Made by a program: the position numbers and the translations under genes
Notes under the pieces: model-generated
Seen by the model: only the letters and a program-made list of their open reading frames with translations
Database searches by the model: none
Told to the model about the DNA's origin: nothing
NCBI GenBank assembly: GCA_965221905.1
Contig: OZ244922.1
Coordinates: 2,208,001-2,272,000 of the forward strand
Length of the DNA: 64,000 nucleotides
Source: Chloroflexota bacterium
GTDB lineage: Bacteria > Chloroflexota > UBA11872 > VXOZ01
Reading direction: 5' to 3'
Shown: positions 61,875-64,000 of the stretch, piece after piece
Position numbering within the stretch: position 1 is the first letter of the stretch
Layout of the letters: each line of letters opens with the position of its first letter

Positions 61875-62168
61875 CTATTGCCTGATTTGAAACTCAGCAA
61901 AAGCCCCTGAAGTTGATCCGAAAGACGAATCTACAGACTCCACCCGGCTCAGCAAGGGTCCGTTGCTGAGCCGCTGCAACAAGGTCCCTAGAGCGGCAGC
62001 CGGCCCCTCGGCGAGAACCTCTACACTACCGTCGCTCTCTTCGTTGCGCACGTACCCTACCAGCCCAAGCCGTGCCGCGGCGTGCGCAACGTACTGGCGA
62101 TAGCCTACGCCTTGCACTCTACCATATTCACGAGCGCATAGCCGTCGCTGATCGAAGGGCTTGCTCAT
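61875..62168 (-). CDS. acyP: Acylphosphatase
   Basis: GRVQGVGYR, GYVRN..DGSVE. Confidence 0.95.
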   Translation of the reverse strand: MSKPFDQRRLCAREYGRVQGVGYRQYVAHAAARLGLVGYVRNEESDGSVEVLAEGPAAALGTLLQRLSNGPLLSRVESVDSSFGSTSGAFAEFQIRQ

Positions 62169-62204
62169 GCTTCCTCCGAGCGAGCATGTACCAGCCCGCT
62201 TGGC

Positions 62205-63185
62205 CTACGCGTTATCCAGACCGAGTTCTTGGCGAACTTCCTTGACAGCTTCCACAATGACTCCAAGCTTGGCTTGCGCCTCGTCCACTGTGCGTGTCTT
62301 GAGGCCGCAATCGGGGTCGATGTAGAGTCGATCGGCGGGCACTACGTCCAGACCCTTGTATATGCCGGCCTTCACTTGCTCTTTGTCCTCTATGACGTGG
62401 CTGTGCACGTCCACCACGCCCATTGCCAGTTTCTTGGTGAACGGCGCCTGCTGCTCGAAGAGCTCGAGCAGATCAAAGTCGCTATTCGCCATCTCCAAGT
62501 CGATAACATCAACCGGAATATCGAGCATCTTGGGATAGATGGCCTCGAAGTCGCCGTAGCAGATGTGCGTTCCTGTCATGGCGGTCAATCCCTCTACGAC
62601 TACTGCCATTGCCCGGATTGCCAACGGTAAGTCTTCGGGTCGCGTGGAAACCGCCGGCTCATCAATCTGAATGAATTTCGCCCCCGCCTTCTCTAAGTCC
62701 ACCACCTCTTCGTGAAGCACCTCGGCCATGGCGAGCACGAATTCTTCCTGGGTGTCATAGTAATTGTTATAAGACCACTCCGCCATCGTGTACGGGCCGG
62801 TTATTATCCCCTTTACGGGCTTGTCGGTCAGACTTTGGGCGTACTGCCACCAGTCGAGCGAAAAAGACTTTACTCGCTTCAGCGGTCCGACCGCGATCGG
62901 CTTGCGGTAGTAGCGATTGCCGTACGACCGCACCAGACCGCTAATCTCCATCCCATCCATCATTTCGGCAAAGAAAGTTGCCATATCGCCCCGGTACATC
63001 TCGGCGTCCACGACAATATCGAGACCCAACTCATTTTGGTATTCCATCCAGAACTGCGTATGCTGGCGCTCCAATGCCTCCAATTCTTCATGCGGTAATC
63101 TACCTCGCGCAAAGTTGGTACGCGCTTTGACGAGTGCCTGCGGCTTAGGCAAACTTCCAACCTGGGTTGTCCATAGACCTTCCAT
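62205..63185 (-). CDS. metE: Cobalamin-independent methionine synthase, catalytic (C-terminal) half of split MetE
   Basis: VGSLP, TGPYT, IQIDEP, Zn ligands HIC, LE, PDCG. Confidence 0.9.
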   Translation of the reverse strand: MEGLWTTQVGSLPKPQALVKARTNFARGRLPHEELEALERQHTQFWMEYQNELGLDIVVDAEMYRGDMATFFAEMMDGMEISGLVRSYGNRYYRKPIAVGPLKRVKSFSLDWWQYAQSLTDKPVKGIITGPYTMAEWSYNNYYDTQEEFVLAMAEVLHEEVVDLEKAGAKFIQIDEPAVSTRPEDLPLAIRAMAVVVEGLTAMTGTHICYGDFEAIYPKMLDIPVDVIDLEMANSDFDLLELFEQQAPFTKKLAMGVVDVHSHVIEDKEQVKAGIYKGLDVVPADRLYIDPDCGLKTRTVDEAQAKLGVIVEAVKEVRQELGLDNA

Positions 63186-63187
63186 CG

Positions 63188-64000
63188 TTAAGCGACTGCC
63201 TCCTGAGCTTTCTTGACAGCACGAACCATGTTTTCCAGTTTGTCGTATGCGGTTTCTCTCGTTAGAAACTCCAAACCGGTGTTCGGGCTAATGGCTAAGC
63301 GGTCTTCAGCAACGTATTGTGTTGCCCATTGTGCGGTCTGAAGCACAGCTTCGTCGGTTTCCATGCGCACGTTGCGCGCGTCGACAATTCCCAGGATAAG
63401 GTCTCTATCATCGGGGAAGTCAGGCACCAACGCCTTATTCTGCTTGCCATGTACCATGTCAAGCCCAAATCCTTGGAACGGCAAGGCAAAGAAGTCAGGC
63501 AGACCGACCGCGTCCCCAAAGTCGGTACGTAGTAAAGTTTTCGCTCCCACGCCATCCATGAGCACGTCCATCGCCTCACGGAAGAGTCCCCAGTCATCTT
63601 TGTGCCTATGCCACACGATGGCTGGCTCATCTACTTGGATCAGCACAGGATCGGTCGCGGCCAACGCTTTCATTTCGTGGTTCAGCGCCCGCGCTGTGTC
63701 GAGTACAAGCGACTTCAGGTCTGTGTACACGCCGAGCAGCGAGAGTTTCGCGACGGTATAGGGGCCGGTGACAACCGGCTTTACCGGTCGCGAGGCATGT
63801 TCGCGCGCAAACTCGTAGTCACGAACGAGAATAGGCCCTTGCCACTCTATGCTCGCCGTCGCTTCCGGTTGGCGGTAGAAGGTGTTGGTATCGAAGTAGC
63901 GAATGAGGCCGCCAACCTCATAGCCTTGCAGCTTGCCGGCGATGTAGGTAACCGGATCCTGCCATTGAATCTGTCCGTCCGTTATTATGTCAATTCCGGC
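63188..64000 (-). CDS. Split MetE N-terminal (folate-binding) half; 5' end beyond window
   Basis: Frame open from 64000: ITDGQIQW.D, LIRYFDTNTFYRQP, GPYT, QVDEP; Zn ligands absent (RTDFG, PNTG). Confidence 0.85.
   Translation of the reverse strand, partial: AGIDIITDGQIQWQDPVTYIAGKLQGYEVGGLIRYFDTNTFYRQPEATASIEWQGPILVRDYEFAREHASRPVKPVVTGPYTVAKLSLLGVYTDLKSLVLDTARALNHEMKALAATDPVLIQVDEPAIVWHRHKDDWGLFREAMDVLMDGVGAKTLLRTDFGDAVGLPDFFALPFQGFGLDMVHGKQNKALVPDFPDDRDLILGIVDARNVRMETDEAVLQTAQWATQYVAEDRLAISPNTGLEFLTRETAYDKLENMVRAVKKAQEAVA

Overview
A gene-dense, GC-rich (by eye about 58%) bacterial chromosomal segment. Gene content and neighbourhoods (split MetE-acyP-FecR-like-acpS-nnr block, GT9 glycosyltransferase, many Gfo/Idh/MocA, sulfatase and ABC solute-binding genes) suggest a Chloroflexota-like heterotroph; this is inference only. 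I see no rRNA, tRNA, CRISPR array, integrase or intact transposase. The window holds housekeeping genes (infC, pdxS/T, obgE, mpg, mobA, fdhD, nnr, acpS, acyP, split metE) and many carbohydrate/organic-acid catabolic genes. Points the ORF track hides: (1) a selenocysteine-recoded formate dehydrogenase catalytic subunit (in-frame TGA at 33293 plus an fdhF-like SECIS), whose usual N-terminal Fe-S module is encoded as a separate gene after a NuoE-NuoF fusion; (2) infC starting at ATA; (3) an ECF sigma factor fused to a TM helix and a beta-propeller; (4) a degenerate PP2C-TM-propeller protein; (5) an AAA-wHTH gene with a probable leaderless promoter overlaid by 9-bp phased repeats; (6) AcpS with a dead P-loop-like N-terminal domain; (7) a decayed ThDP-enzyme pseudogene, a probable deletion scar, two REP-like hairpins with a compensatory change, and several short intergenic tandem repeats. 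All calls rest on motif recognition by eye; no database searches were run.
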